Shown one piece after another: positions 38,253 to 46,735 of a stretch of 46,735 nt of DNA (position 1 is its first letter; the number at the start of each line of letters is the position of its first letter). A model generated the notes under the pieces. It was not told the origin of the DNA. It was given only the letters and a program-made list of their open reading frames with translations, and made no database searches. This DNA comes from Deferribacterales bacterium (GTDB taxonomy: Bacteria > Chrysiogenota > Deferribacteres > Deferribacterales > Geovibrionaceae), in the NCBI GenBank assembly GCA_050251945.1, contig JBFWLW010000017.1:1-46735 (forward strand), given 5' to 3'. The position numbers and the translations under genes were made by a program.

Positions 38253-39228
38253 TATAGTTGATAAATTCGGCAGAGAGATAAGATATCTCAGGATATCCAT
38301 CACAGACAGGTGCAATTTCAGATGCAAATACTGTATGCCGATACACGATTTTAACTTCATCCCGCATCCGAACATCCTTTCGTACGAAGAGATGATGCTC
38401 GCTGTGGAGGTGTTTGTCGAGCTTGGCGTCCGCAAGGTGCGCGTTACCGGCGGTGAACCGCTTGTGCGCCGCGGTGTCGACGTTTTTCTGGCAAAGGTCG
38501 GAAAGCTCGAGGGTATAGAAGAGGTGACCATCACCACAAACGGCTCGCTGCTGAAACGTCATGCAGACGATATAAAGGCAGCAGGTATAAAGCGGATAAA
38601 CGTCAGCCTTGATTCACTGCGCGAGGACAGATATGCCTCTATCACAGGCGGATTCGGTATGGCACAGATACTGGACGGCATTAAATATGCCAAAAGTATC
38701 GGACTTGGCGTTAAAACAAACACGGTCGCCATAAAGAATTTCAACCACGACGAGATACTGGATTTCTGCGAATTCGCGGTGAAGAACGACATCAACGTCC
38801 GTTTCATCGAGTTCATGCCTGTGGGCAACTTTGAGGAATGGAAGGATACGGGACCCATCACCGGAAAAGAGATACTGGATATCATCGGCACAAAATACAA
38901 ATATGAACAGATTCAGAAAGAGAAGCTCTCGGGTCCGGCAGTCAATTATAAACTGTCCAACGGTGCCAGAATAGGCATCATAACGCCCATCTCTAACCAC
39001 TTCTGCGCCGACTGCGACAAACTGCGCATTACAGCGGACGGAAAACTCCGCCCCTGCCTGCTTTCCGATGCGGAGATAGACCTTATGCCCGCTATCAGAA
39101 GCGGAGACAGGGAGGCTGTGCGCAAAGAGATAATCAACGGACTGCGCCTGAAAGAGAAAGAGCACCATCTGATGTCGGAGCACAGGGATGAGGGATTCAA
39201 ACGCACAATGTCCAAAATCGGCGGATAA
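38239..39228 (+). CDS. moaA: GTP 3',8-cyclase (Moco biosynthesis)
   Basis: YLRISITDRCNFRCKYCMP, TGGEP, FCADCDKLR...LRPCL, C-terminal MSKIGG. Confidence 0.97.
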   Translation: MSTPNIVDKFGREIRYLRISITDRCNFRCKYCMPIHDFNFIPHPNILSYEEMMLAVEVFVELGVRKVRVTGGEPLVRRGVDVFLAKVGKLEGIEEVTITTNGSLLKRHADDIKAAGIKRINVSLDSLREDRYASITGGFGMAQILDGIKYAKSIGLGVKTNTVAIKNFNHDEILDFCEFAVKNDINVRFIEFMPVGNFEEWKDTGPITGKEILDIIGTKYKYEQIQKEKLSGPAVNYKLSNGARIGIITPISNHFCADCDKLRITADGKLRPCLLSDAEIDLMPAIRSGDREAVRKEIINGLRLKEKEHHLMSEHRDEGFKRTMSKIGG

Positions 39229-40480
39229 TTTCAGGCTTGCCTGCGGAGAGTCTGCCATTGACATAACTCTGCCGAAATCGGCGGAGATGATAAAAGCTGA
39301 GAAACGCATGACCGCCATGACTGACGGACAGATAAAAGACGTTCTGTCCGCTGACGGCGTCATGTCCCCGAACCTGTACGAAACTATAGAAGATGCAGAA
39401 AAGATACTCGTCATCCTGCCCGATGCCACAAGAAAATCCGGCGCTGAAAAGATTCTGCCTGAACTGACAGCGTATGCGAGAGAAAAGGGCAAAGAGCTTG
39501 ACTTCATCATAGCTGTCGGCACGCACAGACAGCCAACCGAAGCCGAACTCAGAAAGATAATGACACCTGAAATATATGAAAAATATTCAGGAAACATACT
39601 TCGCCACGACAGCGAGAACTATGCCGATATGGATTTTTACGGCATAACGAAGCGTAAGACCACGGTTCTTCTGAACAAAGCATACAGACTTCACGACACC
39701 ATCATAACTGTAGGTTCCGTCAGTTACCACTACTTCGCAGGCTACGGCGGCGGACGAAAGCTCATTTTTCCGGGTCTCGGCGGACATAAGGCTATAACGG
39801 CAAACCATAAGCTTGCCATAGACCCCGTCGAAAAGAAGCGCCACATCAATGCCGTTACAGGCAACCTCAGAAACAATCCGGTACACGACGACCTTGTGGA
39901 AGCTGTGATGATAGCCCGTTCGGGTCACAACTTCTACGCGGTGAACACGATTCTCACGGAGGACGGACAGATAGCCGACATGGTGTGCGGCGATCTTTTT
40001 ATGTCCCACATTGAGGCGTGTAACAGGCTGGATTCCTATTGCCTTTACGAAGCTGAAGAAAAATTCGACCTGCTGTTTGTCAGCGCAGGCGGATACCCTA
40101 AAGATATAAATATGATACAGTCCCAGAAATATCTGGACAGAGTTCTCCCTCTGGTGAAAGAGGGTGGGCGGATAGTGTTTTTTGCCAAATGTCCCGACGG
40201 CTACGGAAATAAATTCTTCGAGGATTTTTTTGATGTGAAGCTCAGTTCGGATATGCTCAAAGGGCTTATGGACGACTATAAGATAAACCGCCAGACGGCT
40301 TTCAATCTTAAAAGCAATCTGGAAAAGTTTGAAGTGTATCTTTATTCAGATTTTTCAGAAACCGACTGCGAACGCATGGGCTTCGTGAAGTTCGCAGACC
40401 TCTCAGGCTTGGCAAACCTCGCAGCAGGTGCCGACAGAATAGGTTTTGTTCCTTACCCGTCAGATTTATTCGTTAAATAA
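39188..40480 (+). CDS. larA: LarA-family nickel-pincer-dependent alpha-hydroxy acid racemase/epimerase
   Basis: PDATR, AVGTHR, HYFAGYGGGRKLIFPG, ANH, AGGYPKDIN, CPDGYG; start uncertain (overlaps moaA). Confidence 0.85.
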   Translation: MRDSNAQCPKSADNFRLACGESAIDITLPKSAEMIKAEKRMTAMTDGQIKDVLSADGVMSPNLYETIEDAEKILVILPDATRKSGAEKILPELTAYAREKGKELDFIIAVGTHRQPTEAELRKIMTPEIYEKYSGNILRHDSENYADMDFYGITKRKTTVLLNKAYRLHDTIITVGSVSYHYFAGYGGGRKLIFPGLGGHKAITANHKLAIDPVEKKRHINAVTGNLRNNPVHDDLVEAVMIARSGHNFYAVNTILTEDGQIADMVCGDLFMSHIEACNRLDSYCLYEAEEKFDLLFVSAGGYPKDINMIQSQKYLDRVLPLVKEGGRIVFFAKCPDGYGNKFFEDFFDVKLSSDMLKGLMDDYKINRQTAFNLKSNLEKFEVYLYSDFSETDCERMGFVKFADLSGLANLAAGADRIGFVPYPSDLFVK

Positions 40481-40485
40481 ATTTT

Positions 40486-40613
40486 GTCTTCGCGAGGAGT
40501 ATTGCGACGACGCGACCTTATCCGCAGGCTATGCGTGGAAGACTGTTTCGCTTATTATTCGGCAATTAAATATAAGTAGACTCATTCAGCCTTCGGCTAG
40601 TGCTCGCAGAGAC
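40486..40613. repeat. Pair of REP-like units between convergent genes
   Basis: GTCTTCGCGAGGAG...CGACGACGCGACC and AGACTGTTTCG...TCATTCAGCCTTCGGCTAGTGCTCGCAGAGAC (3' part shared with 36654-36685). Confidence 0.75.
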
Positions 40614-40615
40614 AG

Positions 40616-41491
40616 TCAGTATGAGTTAATATTCGTACCCGCCGCGAAAGGAAAATCTTCGGGTTTAAAGCCTTCGATTTCAGTGAACAGTATCGTGCCG
40701 CTGCCGCAGGCTATCTCTATGCCGTCGTCGGATATGTTGAGAACAGTCCCGACGTCTCCGTAATCACCCTGCCATTTCTCCGGTTTTGCCCGCCAGACAA
40801 CGTATCTTTGCCCTCCCGAAAGGAAATAAGCCCCGAAATACGGGTGGCTGTATGCGCGTATATGATTGTAAAGACTGAAAGAATCCCTGTTGAAGTCTAT
40901 AAGTGCGTCCCGCGTGCGTTTCCTTTGCATGTAAAATGCCGCGGCATCGTTCTGAGGAACGGGTGTAAAGCCGTCAATCCCTTTGATATAAAGAGCTTTT
41001 ATGAATTCCGCACAGGTAACTGCGTACTTTGCAATGAAGTCTTCGGGGTAATCCTCGAAACCAATTCGTAACGGCGTTTTATAAATCACGTCGCCGCCGT
41101 CGATCTTTTCCCCACGAAGGTAAAAAGATGCACCGCTGACTGCCACGCCGCGCTCAAACTGCTCCGTAACGGCACTGTAACCCCTGTACAGCGGGAGTTG
41201 TGAGGGATGAGCATATATGACGGGAAACTCCGCACCGTCAAAGAAATCTTTGGTGAAATCCACGCATACCGGAAGTCCGATATCTCCGAGGATGTCCTCC
41301 GACTCCGAAAAATTATTTGAGCTGAGGTAAGTTATTATAAAGTCTTTTTCAAACCTTTCAAAGCCGCATGCAAGACCAGTGCGCTGGAAACCTCTGGTGT
41401 AGGTTACAACACGGGGGAAAAGTCCTTCAGATTTCAGGTCTTCCAGAAGCATCACGCCTGTGACATTAGCTGTGAACAGGGTTATGTTCAT
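40616..41491 (-). CDS. Formyltransferase-family protein (Fmt/ArnA-like, divergent N-terminus)
   Basis: HPSQLPLYRG, IDGGDVI, C-terminal IDF...YNHIRAYSHPYFGA and IACGSG. Confidence 0.8.
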   Translation of the reverse strand: MNITLFTANVTGVMLLEDLKSEGLFPRVVTYTRGFQRTGLACGFERFEKDFIITYLSSNNFSESEDILGDIGLPVCVDFTKDFFDGAEFPVIYAHPSQLPLYRGYSAVTEQFERGVAVSGASFYLRGEKIDGGDVIYKTPLRIGFEDYPEDFIAKYAVTCAEFIKALYIKGIDGFTPVPQNDAAAFYMQRKRTRDALIDFNRDSFSLYNHIRAYSHPYFGAYFLSGGQRYVVWRAKPEKWQGDYGDVGTVLNISDDGIEIACGSGTILFTEIEGFKPEDFPFAAGTNINSY

Positions 41492-42006
41492 GTATTTTTC
41501 CGCCTCACGATGAATGTGATACCTAAAATTAAGATAACAATTGTTATGACATATATGTACATATAAGACGGTTCCGCATCGCTGTAAAGCTTTAAGCTTT
41601 CGCCTGTGTTCAAGGCTCCTATGCCTTGGAAGGTATTGTCATGATATATTGAATCTATTGCGCGCACCGCTTTTCCGCCGGAGGTCACCTCTGCGTGGAG
41701 GTTCTCCTGTGCCGGCAGGTCAGGCCCAATGAACTGAACGTAATATGCCGCTCTCACAGGCTGCGGCACATCGCCTGTTCTGGAGGCAATGCTGAATCCT
41801 TTCAGCGGGGCTTTCATTTCATATGCCGTATAGAAGCATCCGTTCCCGTCGGGCATAAATCCTTTTTCTGGGTCGGGCGACCACCCGCATACCGTTTCTT
41901 TTATCTCAAAGGACGAGCGTTCGTGTATTACGTTTATATCCAGTGTTCCCAAAGCCGATGCGTTAAGGGAGAAAAGGAATGTCAGAAAAAAAATCGTATT
42001 TTTCAT
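41488..42006 (-). CDS. Hypothetical exported protein with C-terminal membrane anchor
   Basis: Signal peptide (..LNASA); C-terminal hydrophobic helix plus RRK; ATGA overlap with the downstream gene. Confidence 0.7.
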   Translation of the reverse strand: MKNTIFFLTFLFSLNASALGTLDINVIHERSSFEIKETVCGWSPDPEKGFMPDGNGCFYTAYEMKAPLKGFSIASRTGDVPQPVRAAYYVQFIGPDLPAQENLHAEVTSGGKAVRAIDSIYHDNTFQGIGALNTGESLKLYSDAEPSYMYIYVITIVILILGITFIVRRKNT

Positions 42007-42296
42007 GATATTAAACCCCGAAAATTATAGAACATTGCAACCGTTTTAATGATATCAAAAAAATCAGACAGTTTCCACCAGAGCATAAGTTCATCTTTGT
42101 TTAACCGCCGATAAGGCTTAAATCAGCGTAGTTTAGGCTTGTTAATAGATTGTGCGCCTGCTGTTTTTACACTCGGCAAAATCTAACAAAATTATAGACA
42201 TGGATTTATAATTGTGTTATACGAAATTGTATACAGTATACCATTGGCGTATTAGTGCATGTCAGTGCATAAAGATAAATTTCCGTGGAGTGTGTA

Positions 42297-44264
42297 ATGG
42301 CACAAGTTTGCTACGGGTACTATAAGGATACCAAAATAGACAACAGAGGAAAAGACAGGTCTGATTGGACGGACTCTCCGTTCAAAACGCCTGACGAGTA
42401 CAGGGACAAACCGCTTAAGGTCTTTATAGACTGGGACGGTTTCCTTGTTTTTGACGAAAATGCAGATATTCTCGCGGCTCTTGCCAACTATATGCTTGAA
42501 ATCAGCGGTCACGGCTGCTGCGGACGCTGCTTTCCGGGCAGGGTCGGAACACGTCTTCTTGCCGAACAGCTTATGAAGATGAGAGCGGGTGCCTGCGAAA
42601 ACTCCGACATCGAAAAAACGGTGGAAATGGCGGAGTCAATATTCAATTCCGCGAAATGTACGGTAGCCCCCACATCCACCATCCCCGTTAGACTTTTCCT
42701 GACACACTTTAAAGATCAGATAACAAAACAGGTGAACAAGGACGGAATGGAGTTCTACCGCAAGGTAACGGCACCCTGCACGGCAGGATGCCCCGCGAAC
42801 GTACAGATTCCGGAGTTCATTGAACAGATAAAAGATCACAGATATATGGAAGCGCTGGCGACAATCCGCGAGACCATGCCCCTTCCGGGCGTATGCGGAC
42901 GCGTCTGCCCCCACCCCTGCGAGGCGAACTGCCGCAGAGGGCTTGTTGACGATACACCCGTCAGCATCATGGTTCTCAAACGCGCACCATGGGATTTTGA
43001 ATATTACAATAACAAGACTCCGAAACTGCCCGAAAAAGCAGCTGACAAAGGCAAAAAAGTCGGTATCGTGGGCGCCGGTCCCGCAGGGCTTACTGCGGCT
43101 TACTACCTTGCTCTTATGGGCTATTCGGTGAAGATATACGAATGGATGCAGGAACCCGGCGGTATGGTGGCTCTCGGTATCCCGGATTACAGACAGCCCC
43201 GCCACCTTCTGCGCCGCGAAGTTGACATCATAAAATCGCTGGGCGTTGAGATTGAATACGGCAAAAAGCTGGGCGATGAAAAAGACGACATCACAATTGA
43301 ATATATGAAAAAGAATTACGACGCTGTTCTGCTCACCATCGGTGCATGGAAATCGAGAGATATGGGTATCGAGGGTGAAAAAGAGGGATACAGCGGAGTC
43401 TTCGCAAGCGGTATCGGCTTCCTCCGCGAACAGGCAGAGGGCAAGGATACGGGCGTTAAGGGCAAAAAAGTTGTTGTAGTGGGCGGCGGTAACACTGCCA
43501 TCGACTGCGTGCGCGTTGCCCTGCGCGAAGGTTCTGCCGACGTTAACCTCGTTTACAGACGTTCCCGCGCTGAAATGCCTGCGGAACCATGGGAAATAGA
43601 CGACGCTATGGAAGAGGGCGTTAACTTCCACTTCCTCTGGAACCCCACAAAGGTAATAGCCGAAAACGGCAAGGTTGTCGGCGTTGAGGTTGTGGAGATG
43701 GTTCTGGGCGAACCGGACGAATCCGGCAGACGCAAACCGGAACCGAAAGCAGGATCTGAAAAAATAATACCCTGCGATGTCATTATTCCTGCTATCGGTC
43801 AGTTCACCGACCTGACCTTCCTCACGGAAAAAGAGGGGATCGCAGTTACGAAATGGAACACGTTCAAGGTCAGAGACGACCTTTACGATACCACCGACCC
43901 GAAGATATTCTCCGCAGGCGACTGCGAATGGGGTCCCATGACGGTTGTTAAGGCTATCGGCGCTGCCCGCTGGTCTGCGCTGATGATAGACCGTTTCCTC
44001 GAATCAGGAGCACCCTACCTTACGGAGCAGGAAACACTTGAGGTTTCGCTCTATAAGAACAAGGTGTTCGACAAGGCGGAAAAGGTCTGCGAACTTGAGA
44101 CACCCACAATTCACAGGACGCATCAGGCAAAAATGTCGGGCGAGGCAAGACGCAACAACTATGAAGAGGTGGAGAGATCCTTCACACTTCAGCAGGCTTA
44201 TGACGAGGCTACCAGATGTCTTCGCTGTGTGCGGATGGCAATGGTCGGTCTGGGAACGAAATAA
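42297..44264 (+). CDS. sfrB: SfrB-like NADPH-dependent flavoprotein (GltD family with N-terminal Cys-rich domain)
   Basis: N-terminus MAQV...IDNR...DWDGF...CCGRCFPG..GT recalled as Geobacter SfrB-like; GRVCPHPCE, GAGPAGL, GGGNTAID, EATRCLRC. Confidence 0.8.
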   Translation: MAQVCYGYYKDTKIDNRGKDRSDWTDSPFKTPDEYRDKPLKVFIDWDGFLVFDENADILAALANYMLEISGHGCCGRCFPGRVGTRLLAEQLMKMRAGACENSDIEKTVEMAESIFNSAKCTVAPTSTIPVRLFLTHFKDQITKQVNKDGMEFYRKVTAPCTAGCPANVQIPEFIEQIKDHRYMEALATIRETMPLPGVCGRVCPHPCEANCRRGLVDDTPVSIMVLKRAPWDFEYYNNKTPKLPEKAADKGKKVGIVGAGPAGLTAAYYLALMGYSVKIYEWMQEPGGMVALGIPDYRQPRHLLRREVDIIKSLGVEIEYGKKLGDEKDDITIEYMKKNYDAVLLTIGAWKSRDMGIEGEKEGYSGVFASGIGFLREQAEGKDTGVKGKKVVVVGGGNTAIDCVRVALREGSADVNLVYRRSRAEMPAEPWEIDDAMEEGVNFHFLWNPTKVIAENGKVVGVEVVEMVLGEPDESGRRKPEPKAGSEKIIPCDVIIPAIGQFTDLTFLTEKEGIAVTKWNTFKVRDDLYDTTDPKIFSAGDCEWGPMTVVKAIGAARWSALMIDRFLESGAPYLTEQETLEVSLYKNKVFDKAEKVCELETPTIHRTHQAKMSGEARRNNYEEVERSFTLQQAYDEATRCLRCVRMAMVGLGTK

Positions 44265-44279
44265 GGCGGAGCGGACAAA

Positions 44280-46487
44280 ATGGCTGAAATTATCATAAAT
44301 AACAAACCCTATTCTTTCAGCGAGGGCGAGTCCATTCTCGATGTGGCAAGCAGAAACGGGATAAAGATTCCCACCCTGTGCTACCTGAAAGACATCACCC
44401 CCACTGGAGCCTGCAGACTTTGTCTTGTTGAAGTGGACGGAGCCGACAGACTTCAGGCGGCCTGCGTGACATATGCAATGGACGGAATGAAGATAGACAC
44501 CGAAAACGAGAGAGTATGGGCGAACAGAAAGCAGATGCTTGATTTCATACTCATAAAGCACCCGCTGGACTGCCCCGTATGCGACAAGGCAGGCGAGTGC
44601 GAACTCCAGAACACCGCTTATGAATTCGGTATGATGGAAGAAATAGTCACATCAGACAAGCCGAAAGACCCGGTGGTTAAATGGAACAAAATAGTCTATA
44701 ACCAGAACCTCTGCGTTCTGTGTGAAAAATGTATAAAATCCTGTCACGAAATGACGGGATGTTCCGCTCTTAAGATGGAGGACAGGGGATTTTTCAACCA
44801 CGTCACTCCTTCAAAGGGCGACACTCTGAAATGCGATTTCTGCGGAACCTGCATCGACAGATGCCCAGTGGGCGCTCTTCTGGATGCACAGTTTCACCAT
44901 GCCGCAAGAGTATGGGATCTGGAAAACACTGTTACATCCTCCGTTTTCTCCCCATGCGGCGAACAGGTTGAATACGGCACTATGAACGGACAGATAATGC
45001 GCGCCACCGCTGTGGGCAGCGGACAGATATCATCATCCGACAGATTCGCTTATAAATATCTGGATGCCGATTCCCGCGCACTTAACCCCGCCATCAACGG
45101 AAAAGATACAAACTGGGATGAAGTAACAGCTCTTCTTAAAGGTAAAATAACCGGACTGAAAGGTTCTGAGGTTGCTCTCATCGCATCCGCGTCGCTCACA
45201 AACGAGGCGTACGCGGCATATAAAAAACTCATGACGTCGATCGGTTCTTCAAATTATGTGTCTGAAACTGACCTTTACTACGGCGGTTTCTACGCAAAAT
45301 ATGCCGAAAAATTCGGCACAATGGAAAACATAGGCACTCTTGACGACGTTGCTGAAAGCGACATGGTATTTGTTATCGGCGCCGACTTCCGCAGAGAATG
45401 TGTCGGCGTTAAGCATAAAGTTATGAGCGCGGTCATCAAAAACAACGCTCTGCTCTATACTGTCGGCACAAGAAAATATGAATACGATTCGTTCGTTGCG
45501 AAATCGTTTATGGCTGAATACGGTGACTTCGCAGGCGCACTGGAACTTGTGAAACAGGACGCGCCAGCTCCGAAAGCCTCATCAAACCCTAAGGTCATAG
45601 AGGTTGAAAACGACCCCGACAGATACATCCCCGTACACCTTGCCAAAGCGAAAAAGGTAACAGTGATAATCGGTAACGAATATATGCAGTCAGGCTCTCC
45701 CGCTGAAGCTGTTCTTGCTTTCTGTGATTTCATAGGTCAGGAGAAGCTGAAATCCGTCATAGTGCTTAACGATCAGGTTAACCATATGGGTGCCATTGTT
45801 GCGGGATTCATGGGCGGATACACTGCGAAACAGCTTGAATCAGACCTTAACGCCGGAAAGATAAAACTGCTCATCAGCGCCGGATTTAACGGTGTGAAGA
45901 GCTGTCCCCATGCTAAAAGCCTTGAAGCGGCATTCAGCAAAGCCGGAACTTTTGTTGCGGCCGACCTGTTCAAAGACGGTTCAGCTAAAAACGCTCAGGT
46001 TATTCTCGGCGTGAAAGACAGCCTTGAGACTGTTGGAACCTTCACAACTCTGGACGGCAGACTTGTTCCTGTTAACCGCGTTGTAATGGCGAAAGGCACT
46101 CAGAAAACACACGTTCAGACTGCGGCGTATCTCGGCGAGATAATCGGTTCCGAAGTGAACTCGTGTGCTTACGAAACATTTAAAAGCGAAGTGGCACCTA
46201 TCTTCGGCGCACAGGATATGGATATGGGCGAAGTTGACGGGCACGTTGCGAAAGTTAAGACGAACAAATGGGAAAAGACGGCATACACCTATGCGAAACC
46301 CGCAGAGAAAGAGTGCATTATGCCTGTTAACCCCAGATATCATACGAACATAATGACTGCGAAGTCATATCTTCCCGCCACAGAGGAGCACAGGGAATTC
46401 CACTTTCCTGTTGTTGCGGAAAAGGTCACTTCCGCCGAATGTGCGGACATCGCGAAAGGTGTTCTCTGTGTAACGAAGGAATTCTGA
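44280..46487 (+). CDS. sfrA: SfrA-like Fe-S protein (NuoG/FDH-alpha fold)
   Basis: 2Fe-2S IPTLC..GACRLC..AC; HPLDCPVCDKAGEC; CVLCEKC; CDFCGTCIDRCP; degenerate molybdopterin-fold C-terminus. Confidence 0.8.
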   Translation: MAEIIINNKPYSFSEGESILDVASRNGIKIPTLCYLKDITPTGACRLCLVEVDGADRLQAACVTYAMDGMKIDTENERVWANRKQMLDFILIKHPLDCPVCDKAGECELQNTAYEFGMMEEIVTSDKPKDPVVKWNKIVYNQNLCVLCEKCIKSCHEMTGCSALKMEDRGFFNHVTPSKGDTLKCDFCGTCIDRCPVGALLDAQFHHAARVWDLENTVTSSVFSPCGEQVEYGTMNGQIMRATAVGSGQISSSDRFAYKYLDADSRALNPAINGKDTNWDEVTALLKGKITGLKGSEVALIASASLTNEAYAAYKKLMTSIGSSNYVSETDLYYGGFYAKYAEKFGTMENIGTLDDVAESDMVFVIGADFRRECVGVKHKVMSAVIKNNALLYTVGTRKYEYDSFVAKSFMAEYGDFAGALELVKQDAPAPKASSNPKVIEVENDPDRYIPVHLAKAKKVTVIIGNEYMQSGSPAEAVLAFCDFIGQEKLKSVIVLNDQVNHMGAIVAGFMGGYTAKQLESDLNAGKIKLLISAGFNGVKSCPHAKSLEAAFSKAGTFVAADLFKDGSAKNAQVILGVKDSLETVGTFTTLDGRLVPVNRVVMAKGTQKTHVQTAAYLGEIIGSEVNSCAYETFKSEVAPIFGAQDMDMGEVDGHVAKVKTNKWEKTAYTYAKPAEKECIMPVNPRYHTNIMTAKSYLPATEEHREFHFPVVAEKVTSAECADIAKGVLCVTKEF

Positions 46488-46510
46488 TAATTCTTTGAAA
46501 TCAATCATTA

Positions 46511-46531
46511 AAGCCGGTCTTGTGCCGGCTT
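46511..46531 (+). terminator. Hairpin downstream of sfrA
   Basis: AAGCCGG-tcttgtg-CCGGCTT; weak U-tract. Confidence 0.5.
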
Positions 46532-46533
46532 CT

Positions 46534-46627
46534 GGTTGTTGACAAACTACAGATTCATACAAAACCATTAGACTGCTTCGGGCTAAAGCCCTCGCAGAGA
46601 CTTTTTTCGTCTTCGCGAGGAGCACTA
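46534..46627 (+). repeat. MITE-like end followed by REP-like pair
   Basis: GGTTGTTGACAAAC...AGACTGCTTCGGGCTAAAGCCCTCGCAGAGAC...GTCTTCGCGAGGAGCACT. Confidence 0.7.
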
Positions 46628-46735
46628 GAGCATATCACGAAATAATTAACGTATATTATGATTTGTTCGATATATTATGAATGAAACATGCAAGCAAAGA
46701 TACCCGACAGCGAGCCTTGGCTGCATATGAACAAG

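Noticed and set aside
44280..46487. Selenocysteine formate dehydrogenase or complex I nuoG
   Set aside because: No in-frame TGA, no recognisable Mo-ligand motif, no other nuo/fdh genes; pairing with sfrB fits better
46652..46680. TATATTATGA direct repeat at the window end
   Set aside because: Short AT-rich match with the downstream context outside the window; cannot be supported

Overview
This is bacterial chromosomal DNA of moderate GC, about 90% coding. The gene content (sfrBA-like pair, many HQWRQP-type PAS/Cache histidine kinases) suggests an anaerobic respirer, possibly Deferribacterota; that assignment is inference only. In order, the window holds: an AT-rich left end with a Cas2/VapD-like small gene divergent from a phage CII-like regulator; a non-canonical three-gene glutamate synthase (GltD-like, free amidotransferase, ferredoxin-FMN-GXGXG fusion); a secreted DUF4412-like protein; four orphan sensor kinases spread across the window; PhzF and quinone oxidoreductase genes; a Trp/Tyr-type ABC transporter; a methyltransferase; yhhQ divergent from EVE-PNPOx-ybaK; a membrane LuxR; a CsoR/NcrB-like repressor with a palindromic operator; TlpA; a DUF151 nuclease; the ndk-thrC-queA-tgt-yajC-secD-secF run; radC; tatBC-moaA-larA; a formyltransferase-like gene; and sfrB-sfrA. 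Four observations stand out. (1) Three of the four kinases carry an 18-19 aa four-cysteine insert inside the ATPase domain, and the fourth lacks both the insert and the phospho-His. (2) A 137-bp tandem repeat consists of GGA-loop hairpins (CsrB/RsmZ-like), and a covarying relative sits between queA and a duplicate of the last queA codons. (3) The CsoR-family protein has lost its metal ligands but keeps an operator. (4) Intergenic regions hold a nested set of REP-like hairpins and MITE-like shells. No rRNA, tRNA, CRISPR array or transposase was seen.
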